This document shows positions 11,989-23,964 of a DNA stretch of 64,000 nucleotides, one piece after another; position 1 is the first letter of the stretch, and every line of letters starts with the position of its first letter. The notes under the pieces were generated by a model, which worked only from the letters and a program-made list of their open reading frames with translations, did not search any database and was not told the origin of the DNA. This stretch comes from Parvularia atlantis (Eukaryota): assembly GCA_943704415.1 (NCBI GenBank), contig CALSCO010000901.1, forward strand, positions 1 to 64,000, written 5' to 3'. The translations under genes were made by a program, and so were the position numbers.

Positions 11989-13019
11989 ATGGGCTGGTTC
12001 ACGAAACCGCCGGCCAAGACGGTCGAGGCGGCGAGCCTGCGCGGCCTGCAGGTGTGCGGCGCGGTGCCGTTTGCGCGCTCGAACGGCGTCCCCTTTTCTG
12101 AACGCGCGCTCCGTGCGCCGATTTCGCAGGTTCGCAACAAGGACGGCGAGGTCGTCGAGGTCACGCAGCTGTGGGGCGAGCAGATCACGCTCGTGGCCAT
12201 GCTGCGCCACTTTGGATGGTGCGCCCGGCCGGCACCGCGCCCGCGCCAGCGCCAGTCCGTGACGTGCCGCCGTGCACCGCAGACTTACGTGCCGCCGGCT
12301 GGCTCACGAGCTGGCCGGCGCGCACCCCCAGCTGCAACAAAGGTGCGCGCCGCCCGCCCGCGCTGCCGCACGCGCGCGTGTGTGACACCGCCTGCGCGGC
12401 GCAGGGGAGTGCAGCTGGTGGCCATCGGCTCGGGCACGCCGGCCATGGTCAACGACTTTCTCGAGGTGACCAAGTTCCCAGGCACGGTCTTCAGCGACGT
12501 GCGTGCGTGTGCCGTGCGCCACGCGCGGCTGAGTGGGTGGGTGCGCGCAGGTCGAGCGCAAGGTCTACGATGCGCTCAAGTGCGGTGCGTGACAAATGGC
12601 GCGCGCCGCGACTGCACACGAGCGCTCACTCGAGCGCAGAGCGCGGCGTGACCAAGGCGCTGAGCATGTCGGCGATCGCGCGCTCGACGGCATACGCGAT
12701 GCAGGGCTTCAAGCAGGGCGCAAACGCGGGCGACCTCATGTCTGTGCGCCTGCGATCGAGAGCGCGCCGCTGACGCCTCCGTGCGCGCGCCGACGCCCGC
12801 AGGCAGCTCGGCGGCGTGTTTCTGTTCCACAAGGACGTGACCCTCTTCGAGTACTACGAGGCGTTCTCCGGTGCGCGTCGCGGCGGCCGCGGCTGTGCGC
12901 GCGATCGCTCACCGAGACGCGCAGGTGACCACCCAGAGCCCAAGCACTTCCTCGCGGCGATCGACAACTACCTCAAGAACCAGTCGGCCGAGGATGCCGC
13001 GGCGTCGTCGGCGTCGTAG
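11989..13019 (+). CDS. AhpC/TSA-like (PRXL2/SelL-like) thioredoxin-fold selenoprotein; Sec codon TG(12217-12218)+A(12283)
   Basis: Spliced: ...LWGEQITLVAMLRHFG-UGA-LTCRRLAHELAGAHPQLQQRGVQLVAIGSGTP...FPGTVFSD...VYDAL...GDLMQLGGVFLF...DHPEP. UxxC motif at the family's CxxC position; SECIS downstream. Confidence 0.88.
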
Positions 13020-13084
13020 CGTTGTGCGACTTGTTTCTTCTTCGTCTCCGTCTTCATCGTTTTCCCGTTGCGCAAGCAGTGGCG

Positions 13085-13168
13085 TGGTGTCGAGTATGAC
13101 GCCCGCCTCCGCAAGCCGTGCGCTCGCGCGCCGGCCGGAGGTGTCTTGGCTGAGTGAGTGGGACTGGC
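13085..13168 (+). promoter_or_regulatory. SECIS element (type II) in the 3' UTR of the selenoprotein gene
   Basis: ATGAC (13096-13100); helix II GCC/CGCCTCCG pairing with CGGAGGTG/GGC; unpaired AA at 13113-13114; apical mini-stem GCCG-TGCGC...GCGCG-CCGGC; closing TGAG (13151-13154). Confidence 0.85.
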
Positions 13169-13293
13169 GCGGGCTGGGTGTGGGGACTCCCCTCCTCTGC
13201 CCCGTCCTGCCGTCTCTGTGCACGCACACCCCTGTCGCGGTCCGTGGTCAAAAAGTGAAATTAAAAAGGCAACCCGGCTCAGGGCCCGGGTAG

Positions 13294-13295
<2 letters not shown>

Positions 13296-13363
<68 letters not shown>
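13296..13363. repeat. (GA)n microsatellite
   Basis: Uninterrupted GA dinucleotide run between convergent 3' ends. Confidence 0.95.
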
Positions 13364-13365
<2 letters not shown>

Positions 13366-13383
13366 CATGGATGATGAGACATG

Positions 13384-14560
13384 TCACGAGTTGGTGTAGG
13401 AGCGCAGCAGCTTCTCGACGTGCTCGCCCGTGTTCGTGAGGATGAAGACGGCCGTCGTGATGCGCATGCCACGCGGCAGCAGCCCAGAGTAGAACGGCCG
13501 CAGCCCGCCCTCGGCCCACAGCAGCTGGATCGCGCGCAGCGGCCGCGTGTACACGACCGGGTGCGCCGCCGGCCCCACCTGGCCGAGCCCGCCGATGTCG
13601 GCCTGGAGGCGCGTCTTGACCGTGTCGGCGGGCTGCGTGAGCACCGCGGCCGTCTGCGCGATCGCGGCGGGCCTGAGCAGCGCACGCACGGGGCCGCGGC
13701 GCATACCAGGCCGGCGAGTATTGAGCCCAGGATCGTCGCCATAAACTCGCGCCCCTCAAACAGCTGCGGCGACGAGTGCTTGAGCTGGTCTGCGGTGCAC
13801 GGCGGACGGTGGGCGGTGTGCCGCTGCGGGCACCGGGCAGCGACAGCGCACCGCGCAGCACCGGCCCGAGCCCGAGGTAGCCGCAGGTGAAGAGCGACTC
13901 GCGCACGATCGTCAGCGTCAAGCCCTTGTACAGCGTCACAAAGCCGTGCTTGAAGGCGATCGTGCTGGCGGCGTGGGCGAGCTGTGCGCCGCACCGCGAA
14001 GCGTGTCACGGATCGCCGCGGCCCGGGACGGCGTGTCACGGACCGAGGTGCCCGTGCGCTGTTGCTGGATCATGATGATCTCGGACGGGCTGCTCACGAG
14101 CGCCGACAGCGCGCCGCCCACGGCCGCCGACACGAGGCGCTGCACGTCCGTGAGCGGGCGCTGGCCGTTGTCGGAGAAGTAGTTGGCGACGACTGGGCGG
14201 CGGGGTCCGCACGAAGAGGTCAGGTGGTCCCGTGGGAACGCGCGCGCGCCCGGCCCGCGCGCACGCACCGCCGTTGCCGGCAAACTGCACTGCAGTGATA
14301 GGCGCGATTGACGACGCGTTGATGACCACGCCGCGGTAGAGGAAGAGCGGGTTGACCAAGATCGGGCGCTTCTCCTGCAGCGCGTTCTTGACGGCGACGA
14401 AGGGCTGGTTGATGAACACCTCGACCGAGCCCGCGACGGCGCCCACGACCGCGTTGGCCACGGTGCTCAGCGGCTGCCGCTGCTTCGGCTGCGACGGCAG
14501 CACCACCTGCGTGGCCGCGACGGCCGGCGGCGTCCCGGCGAGCGCGGCCGACGACGACAT
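13384..14560 (-). CDS. Mitochondrial carrier family (SLC25) protein
   Basis: Three carrier repeats: NQPFVAVKNALQ, SSPSEIIMIQQQ, TQPADTVKTRLQ; LYRG, LYKG and FYSGLLPR motifs; 4 introns. Confidence 0.9.
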
Positions 14561-14576
14561 GAAGCGCGAAAGCTGC

Positions 14577-15682
14577 ATGACGTCCTGTCGGCTGGTCATC
14601 GTCGCGATCGTGGCGGCCTGCGCGCTCGCCTACGCACTCTCGCTGCTGTCGGACCCGGGGCCGCCGGCCAAGCACTCCGATGCCTCGCGCCGGCTGCAGG
14701 ACCTGAGCACGGCCGCCGGCGACGGCAGCGGCCCCGACGAGCCGCCGCACGAGCCGCCGCACGAGCCGCACGAGCTCGCACGCGTGGCCGATAGCGACCT
14801 CGTGTTCCTCGCGCTGGGCGACTGGGGCCACCCGGGCGCGGCGCGCGCGCGCGTCGCCGAGGAGATGGCCGCAGTGGCCGAGCGCGACGGGGCCGCGTTT
14901 GTGCTCGCGCTCGGCGACAACTTCTACCCGGCCGGCGTGACGTCGGCCAACTCGCCGCGCTTCCGCGACGACTTTGAGGCCGTGTATGGGCGCGGCCCGC
15001 TCGGGCGGCTGCCGTGGTTTGTCGTGCTGGTGCGCGCGCGCGTCTCGCACGGGCTGTCGCTTATGCCCCGCACCCGCGGCAGGGCAACCACGACCACGAC
15101 GGCAACGCGACGGCGCAGGTGGCGCACACCCGGCGCGGCGACGACCGCGGGTGGCACATGCCCGCGCGGTACTACCAGGAGGTCTTCCCGGCCCACCGCG
15201 CGCGGTTCATCATGCTGGACACGACGACGCTGCACCGCGGCGACCGGCACCAGTGGACGTGGCTGCGCAAGGTCCTGTCCGTGTCGGAGAGCGCCGGCGA
15301 CCACCTCGTGGTCGTGGTCGGGCACGACCCGCTGTACTCGGGCGGGGAGCACGGTGGCAACGCGGTGCTGCGCGACCTGCTCCTGCCGCTGTTCCAGGCC
15401 TCGGGCGTGGCGGCGTACATCTGCGGGCACGACCACACGCTGCAGCACCTGCGGTCAGACGGTGTTGACTTTTTCGTGTCGGGCGGGGGCTCGTCGCTGC
15501 CGCCAGCGGAGCTGAACCTGCGGCTGGTGGCGCTGCCAAATACGCGCTTCGTCGCGCGCGAGCACGGGTTCCTGTCGCACCGGTACTCGCCCGCGACGCA
15601 CAACCTCACGACGGCGGTGCACGCGGTCACGGGCGCCGTGCTCTACACGACCACCGCGCGCGTGCCCGAGCGGCGCCTCTGA
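14577..15682 (+). CDS. Purple/tartrate-resistant acid phosphatase (ACP5-like) with N-terminal membrane anchor
   Basis: ALGDWG, LGDNFY, VL|GNHD, VVGHDP, CGHDH metallophosphoesterase motifs; one intron at ~15030-15082. Confidence 0.9.
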
Positions 15683-16165
15683 CCATTTGCGCAGCAACTT
15701 ATTATTTTGTTTTCGTTGCAGTACGGCGCGATCAGTGCCGCGTCCGTGCCACACGACAGGCGTGGCCGCGTCAGCAGGCCGAGTGAGACGCCGCGCCGCA
15801 CGACATGTTTTGCGCCACGTGGCCCACGGCACTTTCTTTTCTTTGCTTGACGACGCTTCGCCGCACGTCCGGACGAAGCTGAGAGGGGAGAAGAAGGCCA
15901 GAAGGTGCGTCGCGTGCTCGCCGTGCGGGGGGCTGTCGCCGCTGTGTGTGTGGGGTGGCGGAGCGAGGACGGCGGCAGCGCGCGCCGGTTGCGCCAGCAC
16001 GGCTCTTTTTCTTCTTTTCCCCCACGTCGTCGTCCTTCGCGGCGCTCTCTCGTCCACCGCGCCCTCTGCGCCCACTGCGCGTGCCCGGGCCCCGTCCCGC
16101 TCCCACGTTGTGCCCGCCACGTGATGAGCGCGCGGCTGACGTGCACCGGCCCGCGACACGCCCAG

Positions 16166-16834
16166 ATGCAGATCTTCGTGAAGACCCTCACGGGCAAGAC
16201 GATCACGCTCGAGGTCGAGTCGTCCGACACGATCGAGAATGTGAAGGCCAAGATCCAGGACAAGGAGGGTGCGTCGGCTGGCGGGCCACGCCGCGTGTTG
16301 CTCAGCCCAGGACCTGACGGCACGCGCGCGCGGCCAGGCATCCCGCCGGACCAGCAGCGCCTCATCTTCGCGGGCAAGCAGCTCGAGGACGGCCGCACGC
16401 TGTCGGACTACAACATCCAGAAGGGTGCGCGCCGCCCTCGCGCGTGCTGCGCGGCCGGGGGGGCCGACGGCAAGTCGCCCGCGGCAGAGTCCACGCTGCA
16501 CCTCGTGCTGCGCCTGCGCGGCGGCGGCAAGAAGAAGAAGAAGAAGACGTACACGACGCCGAAGAAGATCAAGCACAAGCGCAAGAAGGTCAAGCTGGGC
16601 ATCCTCAAGTACTACCGCGTGGACGAGAACGGCAAGATCACGCGCCTGCGCCGCGAGTGCCCCGCCGAGGTGCGCCCTCGCCCGTTGGTGGTTTTTGCGC
16701 GGCCACTGACGCTCGCCGGGTGTGCGGGGCACCGACAGACCTGCGGCGCCGGCATCTTCATGGCCACGCACCACGACCGCCAGTATTGCGGCAAGTGCGG
16801 CCTGACGTACGTGTTCAAGAAGGCCGACGAGTGA
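16166..16834 (+). CDS. RPS27A: Ubiquitin-40S ribosomal protein S27a fusion
   Basis: [11 protein letters not shown]...[24 protein letters not shown]...[23 protein letters not shown]; 3 CDS introns. Probable 5' UTR intron 15906-16165 and a pyrimidine (TOP-like) tract at ~15832-15844. Confidence 0.97.
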   Translation: MQIFVKTLTGKTITLEVESSDTIENVKAKIQDKEGASAGGPRRVLLSPGPDGTRARPGIPPDQQRLIFAGKQLEDGRTLSDYNIQKGARRPRACCAAGGADGKSPAAESTLHLVLRLRGGGKKKKKKTYTTPKKIKHKRKKVKLGILKYYRVDENGKITRLRRECPAEVRPRPLVVFARPLTLAGCAGHRQTCGAGIFMATHHDRQYCGKCGLTYVFKKADE

Positions 16835-17018
16835 GCGTGCCGGGCCATCGCGCCGCATCGGCCGTCCCTCGTCCTCTGTGTGTGTCGTCTCTGGCTTGTG
16901 TCCTCCTGTGCGCGTCGCGTGCCGCCGCCGTCCGGCCGAAAGTCGCGTTGCGGCGTGGGAGTGGCCGCCCTGACTACAAACGCCAACACGCCAAGACGCA
17001 CTTTGAAACGTGCGAGCG

Positions 17019-20000
17019 ATGGCCGACGACGGCGCCGCGCACGTCCTCGCCGAGGTCACGCTGCCGAGCGGGCGCCTGGCCGAGCTGCGCATGCCGTCCA
17101 AGTGGACCGTGGACCAGGTCAAGGTGCCGCGCCGCCTCGCGCCCCGCGCCCCGCGTCTTAACACGCGCGCCGCGCCGCCGCCGTCGCCGCCGCATTCGCC
17201 GCCCGCAGGCGCACTGCTTCAAGGCCGTGCCCGAGCTACAGCCGCTGCAGAAGGCGCAGTACCACCTCGGCCTGAGCGCGGTGCGGCGTGGCGTGGCGTG
17301 ACGCGGCGCGTTCGCGGGGCGTGCATCTGACGGCCTCGCCAGGGCGACGTGCTCGCGGTCGACTTTGTGCGGTTCGTGCGTGCCCACAAGCAGATCGACG
17401 CCGCCTTCCGCGCCACGGGCAAGGTCCGCGTCAGCATATTCAGCCGCGACGTGCGCAGCAAGGCCGAGGCGAGCAATGCGTGCGTGCGGCTGTGCGGGAT
17501 ACGCCCCGCAGTCCTGAGGCCAATGCGCACACGCAGCGACGCCGCCGCACGACGCCGCGGGATGTCGTTGGTGGGCGACCCGGACGCGACCAGGTGCCGC
17601 GCGCGCGCCGGTCACGAGTGCACCGTGTGCTCACAGCGAGGTACTACACAGGCCGCTGCAGGACACGACGCCGCACACGGACGGCACGCCGCGCTTCCTC
17701 GGCAGCATGGACTCGTCGACCGAGGACCTGACCAAGGGCAAGAGCGCCTCGGCCGAGCTCGCGCGCTTCCGGCGGCAGGCGGGCGTCCGTGCGTGCACGG
17801 CCGGCACGTGTGTCTGTGCCCGTGCGTACTCACGCGGATGCGCGGCCGGCGGTCAGCGATCAGCCCCGAGCGCACGCGGTCCGCTGGTACACCGGCGGCC
17901 GGCGTCGGCCGCCCGCAGACGCTGTTCGTGGACGTGACGCCGATGGCCGGGGCCGTCACGCACCTCGACAAGCCCGTCATGAGCCCCACGCGCTCGACGT
18001 CCAGCGGTCCGCGCGCGGCTGTGCGGTCGCGGACGGCTGCGCTCACCGCTCGCGCGCAGAGCATAGGCGCCGCGACTCGGACGACACGTGGGTCACCGTC
18101 GGTGCGACACCCACCCGTTCGCCCGCCCTGCCGCTCGGTGCTCATCGTGGCGCGGCAGGCTCGGTCGCGAGCGCCAAGGAGAAGTTCCGCAAGCTGACGG
18201 CGCAAGACAAGCAAGTGCCAAGCCCTGTGCGCAACACGATCTACGAAAATATGCCGCCCACGCCGGGCAAGGTGGAGTTGCGCCCTCGAACACTGGCCCC
18301 CTGCGCGTGCTGAGCTTGTGCTGCAGCTGGCCGCGATGATGGGCGCCGACAAGCCGCAGTCGCCGCGTCGAACGGTGCGCTCGCTGTTCGAACCTATAGT
18401 GCGCTGATCTGCCATCGCGCAGACGAGCACGCCAGCCGGCGACCCGACGAGTGCACCGCCGTCTGCCCGCAAGGTGCGTGCCGTGCTCGTCGCCACCCCA
18501 GTGCGCCTGATCGCATGCCTTTCCGAGCAGGCCAGCGCGTCGTCATCGTCGCTGTCGCTCTTGACACCGGACATGACCTCGGCGAGCGCCGAGGCGCTAC
18601 CAGCCGGCAAGACTGCAGAGGCGCTGCCATCCGCCCAGGCCACGCAGGCCCTGACCGCTGGCAGCGCCTCAACCAGCGTCGAGGCGCTGCCAGCGGTCAG
18701 GGCCTCGGGGAGTGTGGATGCGCTGCCGGCGGTCAAAACCTCGGCCAGCGTGGAGGCACTTCCCGCGTCTACCACCGCAGCGGACAAGCCGCGGCGCCGG
18801 TCAGAAGAAGGTGCGTGGCCGTCGTGCACCGTCGCACAGCCCTGACCAGCGCGCCCGCAGACACAGAAGACGGCGCCAAGCTCTCGCGCACGCCCTCGGA
18901 GCGCGTGCGCGTGCTCGAGAAGCGCCGCGCGTCGCGGGCGCTGCAGTCAGAGTCGAAAGAGCGGACGTGCGTGTGCCTGTCGCTGATTGCGCACAGCGCT
19001 GTCTCGACGCTCACGGCCGCGTTTTGGCAGCACTGTCGTTGCCGAGACGGGCGACGCGCAGACGACCGGCGCCACCCCGAAGAAGAAGAGCCCGGCGATG
19101 ACCCGCGCGTCGGCCGGCGAGGAGCTTGCGTTGCGCGCGATGCGCCGCACGTCTGTCGTGCTCGACACGGTGTTGGTCGAGGTCGTGACCAAGCACCCCG
19201 TGCCCGCGTCCGCGCCTGCCTCCGCACCGGCACCGGCCCCCGCGCCCGTGCCCGACATCGCGCTGGAGAGGTGCGATCGTGGTGCCGTGCCGGTGCCTGT
19301 GCACTGATGAAAGCACGCGCAGAACGCCGTCGCGCAAGTCGCTGCGCTTCTCGAGCAGCCAGAGCAACACGGACGCGCTCGGTGCGCGCGCGTGGCGCTG
19401 GCGCAACGCTACACTCATGCAGAAGTACAGACCTCGCCGTGGCTCCGCGCGAGGCGGTGCCGACGCCGGAAGCATCGCCGGTTCTGCCAACATCGGAGGC
19501 ATGAGCGATGGTGCCTTCCGCTCACGCGCTGAGATCTTCGTGCGCAGTCGCTGCGCTCGTTCGCATCGACCGAGGCCGAGAGCAACGAGCACCTCGAGCA
19601 CAGCAGCAGCGCCGGGCACTCGCGCACGGTGTCGACCGTGTCCGAGGACGACAGCGATGGCGCCACAGAGCCGCGTGCCAGCAAGAAGCGTGGGTTTCAC
19701 TTTGGCGGGCTGCACATCCTCCCGTGCGTGTGACGGCTCTTGCATGCGCGCGATCTCAGACCCGGGCGCGCGCGACAGCTCGCGCAAGGACACGTTATCC
19801 TCGACCGACGAACGGCCGTCGCCTGCGTGCGTTGCCCGCGGTGCCAGATCGTTGTGCGGGCGGCTGAGCCGCGTGTGCGCTCTGTGCAGCACACGCAGCG
19901 ACGATAAGCACTCACTCGCGTCCAAGATGCGCCACACGTTTCTGGGCACTAGCGGCAAGGTGCGCCGCGGCCTGCCCCGGCCGTGCTCGGCTGTGACGGG

Positions 20001-22104
20001 TGGCCCCGCGCAGAGCAAGAAGGGCACCGCAACAATGCCCGTGAGCATCACCGTGCCCGCGCAGCGCCCCGGCGCCCCCGGCCTGCTCTCGCCGATCGGC
20101 GTCGGCAACGGCATGGTCCGCAGCGCCTCCGAGCCCGACAGGTGCTTGCCGCGTGGCGCACGTCCCCTTGGCTGACACACCATGCAGCGTGAGCATCGGG
20201 TCAACGAGCCAGTCTGGCGAGCGCACGCCGCTCGAGTCGCCGGTGCGGCAATGCAGCTTGCTGCTGCGATCTTGCACTGACGCGGCGGCAGAAACAGCGG
20301 CCGAGGCTCGAGGTGGGCGAGTCGCGCGAGCTCGGGTCGCGGCCGCTGGCGCACCTGCGCGTGATGCCGACTGTGCAGCGCACGCCCGAGGCACGCACAC
20401 AGCGAGCACGCGCGGTGGCGGCGCCTGACCCGCCGCGCACGCAGGAGCTCGCGTTCGCCCTGCCGACGCTGGCCGCGTGCAAGGGCTGGGTGATCGAGCG
20501 GCCGCTGCAAAACAACCCGCAGGACTACGTGCACCGCAAGGTGCGGCCAGCGCTGCGTTGCTGTGGGCGCGACGCGTGACGCGGGTGATGCGTAGTACGC
20601 GCTTGAGCCGTCCGAGGCGACGGGCAACCGCTGGTTCAAGGAGCACTTCAACGCGCACAAGGGTGCGCGCGGCCCAGCCGCGCAGCCCGCCTCGCTGACG
20701 CGCACCTCGGGACGGCGCAGATGCGCGCTTCTATGTCGGCCTGTCGAAGGAGCTCGGCCCGTTTGTGGTGTGCCTGCTGCTAGACGGCAAGCGCACCAAG
20801 ACGGCGCTGCCAGTGTACCGCGCGCTGCTGCGGACGCAGTTTGTGCGCTGCTTTCCGCGCGTGCACGCATGCGTCTGGCGGGCTGACGCACGCGCAGGGT
20901 GACGACCTCCTGACCTTCCCAGCCTCGCTCGTGCGCATGTCCAAGCTGCGCTCGCGGCCGACGACGCGCGACTTGCTCAAAGTGATCGACGCGCGCCTGG
21001 TCGACGCCGACGTGGCGTTGATCGACGTGCCCGAGAAGGACCTGGACAAGTGTGTGTTCCCCGCGCGAGCGCGTGGCGCTGATGGCGACGCAGGTTCATG
21101 GTCGAGATGGTCGGCATGGAGGAGAAGCAGTTTGTCAAGTCGTACAAGTTTGGCGTGCTCTACGTCAAGGAGGGTCAGATGAAGGAGGAAGACATGTTTG
21201 GTGAGCGTGCCCCGTGCGCCTCACACGCACGGGCAGCCGCACTCACGCGCAGCACAGGCAACGAGCACGGCTCACCCGCCTTTGACCGCTTCCTCGAGAC
21301 CATCGGCGACCGCATCAAGCTCTTCGAGTGGAAAAACTTCCGCGCGGGCCTCGACACGACGCGTGCGTGCTCGGGCGCGCGATTGCAGCTGCGCCACGAC
21401 GTGACACGCCGCACGCGCACGCAGGCAACACGACGGGGCTGGAGTCGATCTACACCAAGTTTGGCGACTACGAGGTCATGCTGCACGTGTCGACGCTTCT
21501 GCCCTACCGCAAGAACGACCACCAGCAGGTGCGTCCCGGCCCGCGCGCGCGGCGTGCAGCAAGACTGACCCAGCGTGCGGCAGCTCGAGCGCAAGCGCCA
21601 CATCGGCAACGACATCGGCGTGATCATCTACCGCGAGGGCGGCGCCCAGCCGTACCTGCCCAACACGATCGAGTCCGAGTTTAACCGTGCGCGGGCTGGC
21701 GGCCGCCACCGACCGCACATCGCCTTACGCGCAGATCCGTGTGCCAGACGTGCTCGCGGTAGTGGACGCGCACGGCAGCCCCACCAGCCCGGACGACGCC
21801 AGCGACCGCCTCACCGTGTCCGTGGCCACCAAGCACGACGTGCCGCCGTTTGGCCCGCCCGTGCCCGCCGGGCCCGTGTTCTCGCGCGACCAGCAGCTGC
21901 GCGACTTTTTATTGACGAAGCGTGCGTGCTGTTGGGCCGCATGCGCGCGCGCGCGCGTGCGCCTGACGCCCATCGGTCCCGCGCGCCCCAGTGATCAACG
22001 GCGAGAACGCGTGCTTCCAGGCGCCAACGTTCGCGAGCAAGATCCGGCGGACGCGCGTGGCCCTGTACAAGAACCTGTTTGACACGTACGCGAGCAAGCT
22101 GTGA
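17019..22104 (+). CDS. Rap/Ran-GAP domain protein with long low-complexity N-terminal region
   Basis: C-terminal RapGAP domain [30 protein letters not shown]....FRAGLD...HVSTLLPY...[13 protein letters not shown]. Joining of the 17019-20300 exons to the GAP domain is inferred from a continuous exon/intron pattern. Confidence 0.75.
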
Positions 22105-22190
22105 GCTCGCCGGTCGCCCCCAGGGAGGGACGATCTTTGTTGGTTTCGCTGGCAAACGGCAAGCATCAAGTGCGCAAAACGACCGGCTGC

Positions 22191-23830
22191 TCACGTCCCT
22201 CCCTCCGCCTTGACCACCGGCACGAGCTGGATGCGCCGCTTTGCTGCGGGCGGGGCCGGTGCGGCTGCGGGTGCTGCGGGTGCTGCGGGTGCCGCAGCCT
22301 CGCCGTCGCCGTCGGCAAGCGGCCGCTTTGCCGGTGCGGTGGTGCCAAACGGGCGCAGGGCGGCGAGGGCCGCGTCAGTGCCATTGTACGGATGGCCGAG
22401 CTCGCCGGGGTCGAAGCGCACGAGCGAGCAGTAGCCGTCGCGTGAGGCGACGATCAACCACGTGCCGTCGGGCGCCCTGCGCCGCGAGCGTGAGACTCTG
22501 CTGCGCGGCCCGTCGCGCGCACCAGGCCACGTCGGTGATTGACGAGTAGTGCATGTTGGCGACGAGGGCGAGGGGCTCGGGCTGCTGCGTGTCGTACAGC
22601 AGCACCGTGTCCTGCGTCGCGACGGCGAAGAGCATCCGGTACGGCAGGCTGAGCAGCGTCGCGGTTTCGCCGGCCTGGGGCGTCGTGCGCAGCGCGTAGA
22701 GCACGGGGCTAAAGCGCACGGCGACGGCGGGTTTGCGATGGCCCGGCAGGTGGTACAGCGGTCTGGGCGCGCGCGATAGGAATGAGCGCACGTCGCCGAT
22801 GCGTGGACGGCAGCACCTGCTCAGCTGCGTGAGCGCAAAGACGTAAACGGTGTGCTGCCCCGCGCGCGTCTGGCCGGCGGGCACCACGAGCAGGCTGCCG
22901 TCGGGCGAGAACGCGAGGCGGCGGAAGAACGACGCCAGGCTCTCGTCCTGGAACAGCAGCGCATCGTCTGCCGCTGCTGGTGCCGCGGCGTCGCTAGGCG
23001 CGGGCAGGGCCGCACGGTGCAGCTTGGCGTGCAGCGTCACGCCGAGCGCCTTGCCGGCCCACTCGGTGCGGTAGACGCGGCAGGACCTGCGGGCTGCGGT
23101 GAGCGCGGCGGGCGCGCCCGCGGTAGAAGCGAACCGGTCGGAGCTCTGCGACGCAAGCAGGCGCCCGCGCGGGTCCCACGCCACGCCCTGGACGTAGTGC
23201 GCGTGGTCGTTGAGCGTGTGCACGCACGTGCCTGCGCGGCCTCGCGTGAGCCCGATGCTCTTTGCGCGTTCACGTGCCGGGGCGCACCCTTCGCGACGTC
23301 AAACACGCGCAGCGTGTGGTCGATCGACGCGGCCGCGACGAACGCGCCTTCGGGCGACCACGCGACGTCGTAGATGTCGCTCCCGGCCGCGCCGCCTCTG
23401 TCCGCGCCGCGCACGCCGCATCGGCGCGCGATCGCTCCCGAGCAGCGTCGATTGCGCACCGCAGCGTCTGCGCCACGCCCCACGTCTCCCTGCCCTCGTC
23501 GTCTTCTCCGAGCGCGGCGCGGCGCGGCTCGGTGCTGATCAGGCGCCAGAGCAGCACGAGACCGTCGTCGCCGGCCGACGCCAGGCGTTGCCCGTCGGGC
23601 GAGAAGCGCACGGCGTTGACGGGCGCCTGGTGCCGGTTGAGCGTCGCGAGGAAGTCGAGCTGCGGCGGCGCATCGGGCGCGGGCGGCGTGTCCGGCGCGG
23701 GCCCCGCCAGGCGCCACAGCCGCACGTTGCTGTCGCTGCCGGCCGTGGCCAGGCGCCCGGTCGCGTCGATGTCGGCCGCGTGCACGGGGCTCTTGTCGTG
23801 CCAGAGCACCTCGAGCAGCTGCGCGCGCAT
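22191..23830 (-). CDS. CHAF1B: Chromatin assembly factor 1 subunit B (Cac2/p60), WD40
   Basis: [80 protein letters not shown]-terminal KRRIQL. Confidence 0.93.
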
Positions 23831-23964
23831 CGCTCGCGGTCGGGCAGAAAAGTGTGGCATTGGCGCAGGACGCAAAGGAACACAACCGCGAGGCGCGAGG
23901 CGGGGGGCGACAACGAGGCCTCCCTTTCCCTCTTTTCGCCTCAGTCGCCGGCAGCCGGCGCGTC

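Noticed and set aside
12217..12283. Reading the in-frame TGA as a pseudogene lesion or a genetic-code change
   Set aside because: It falls on the redox Cys position, the downstream exons are intact and a SECIS is present; TGA is a normal stop in many other genes here.
15906..16165. Long 5' UTR intron of RPS27A as a snoRNA host
   Set aside because: No convincing C/D pair with a guide and no H/ACA structure; the GTGATGA near 16121 is followed immediately by the branch point.
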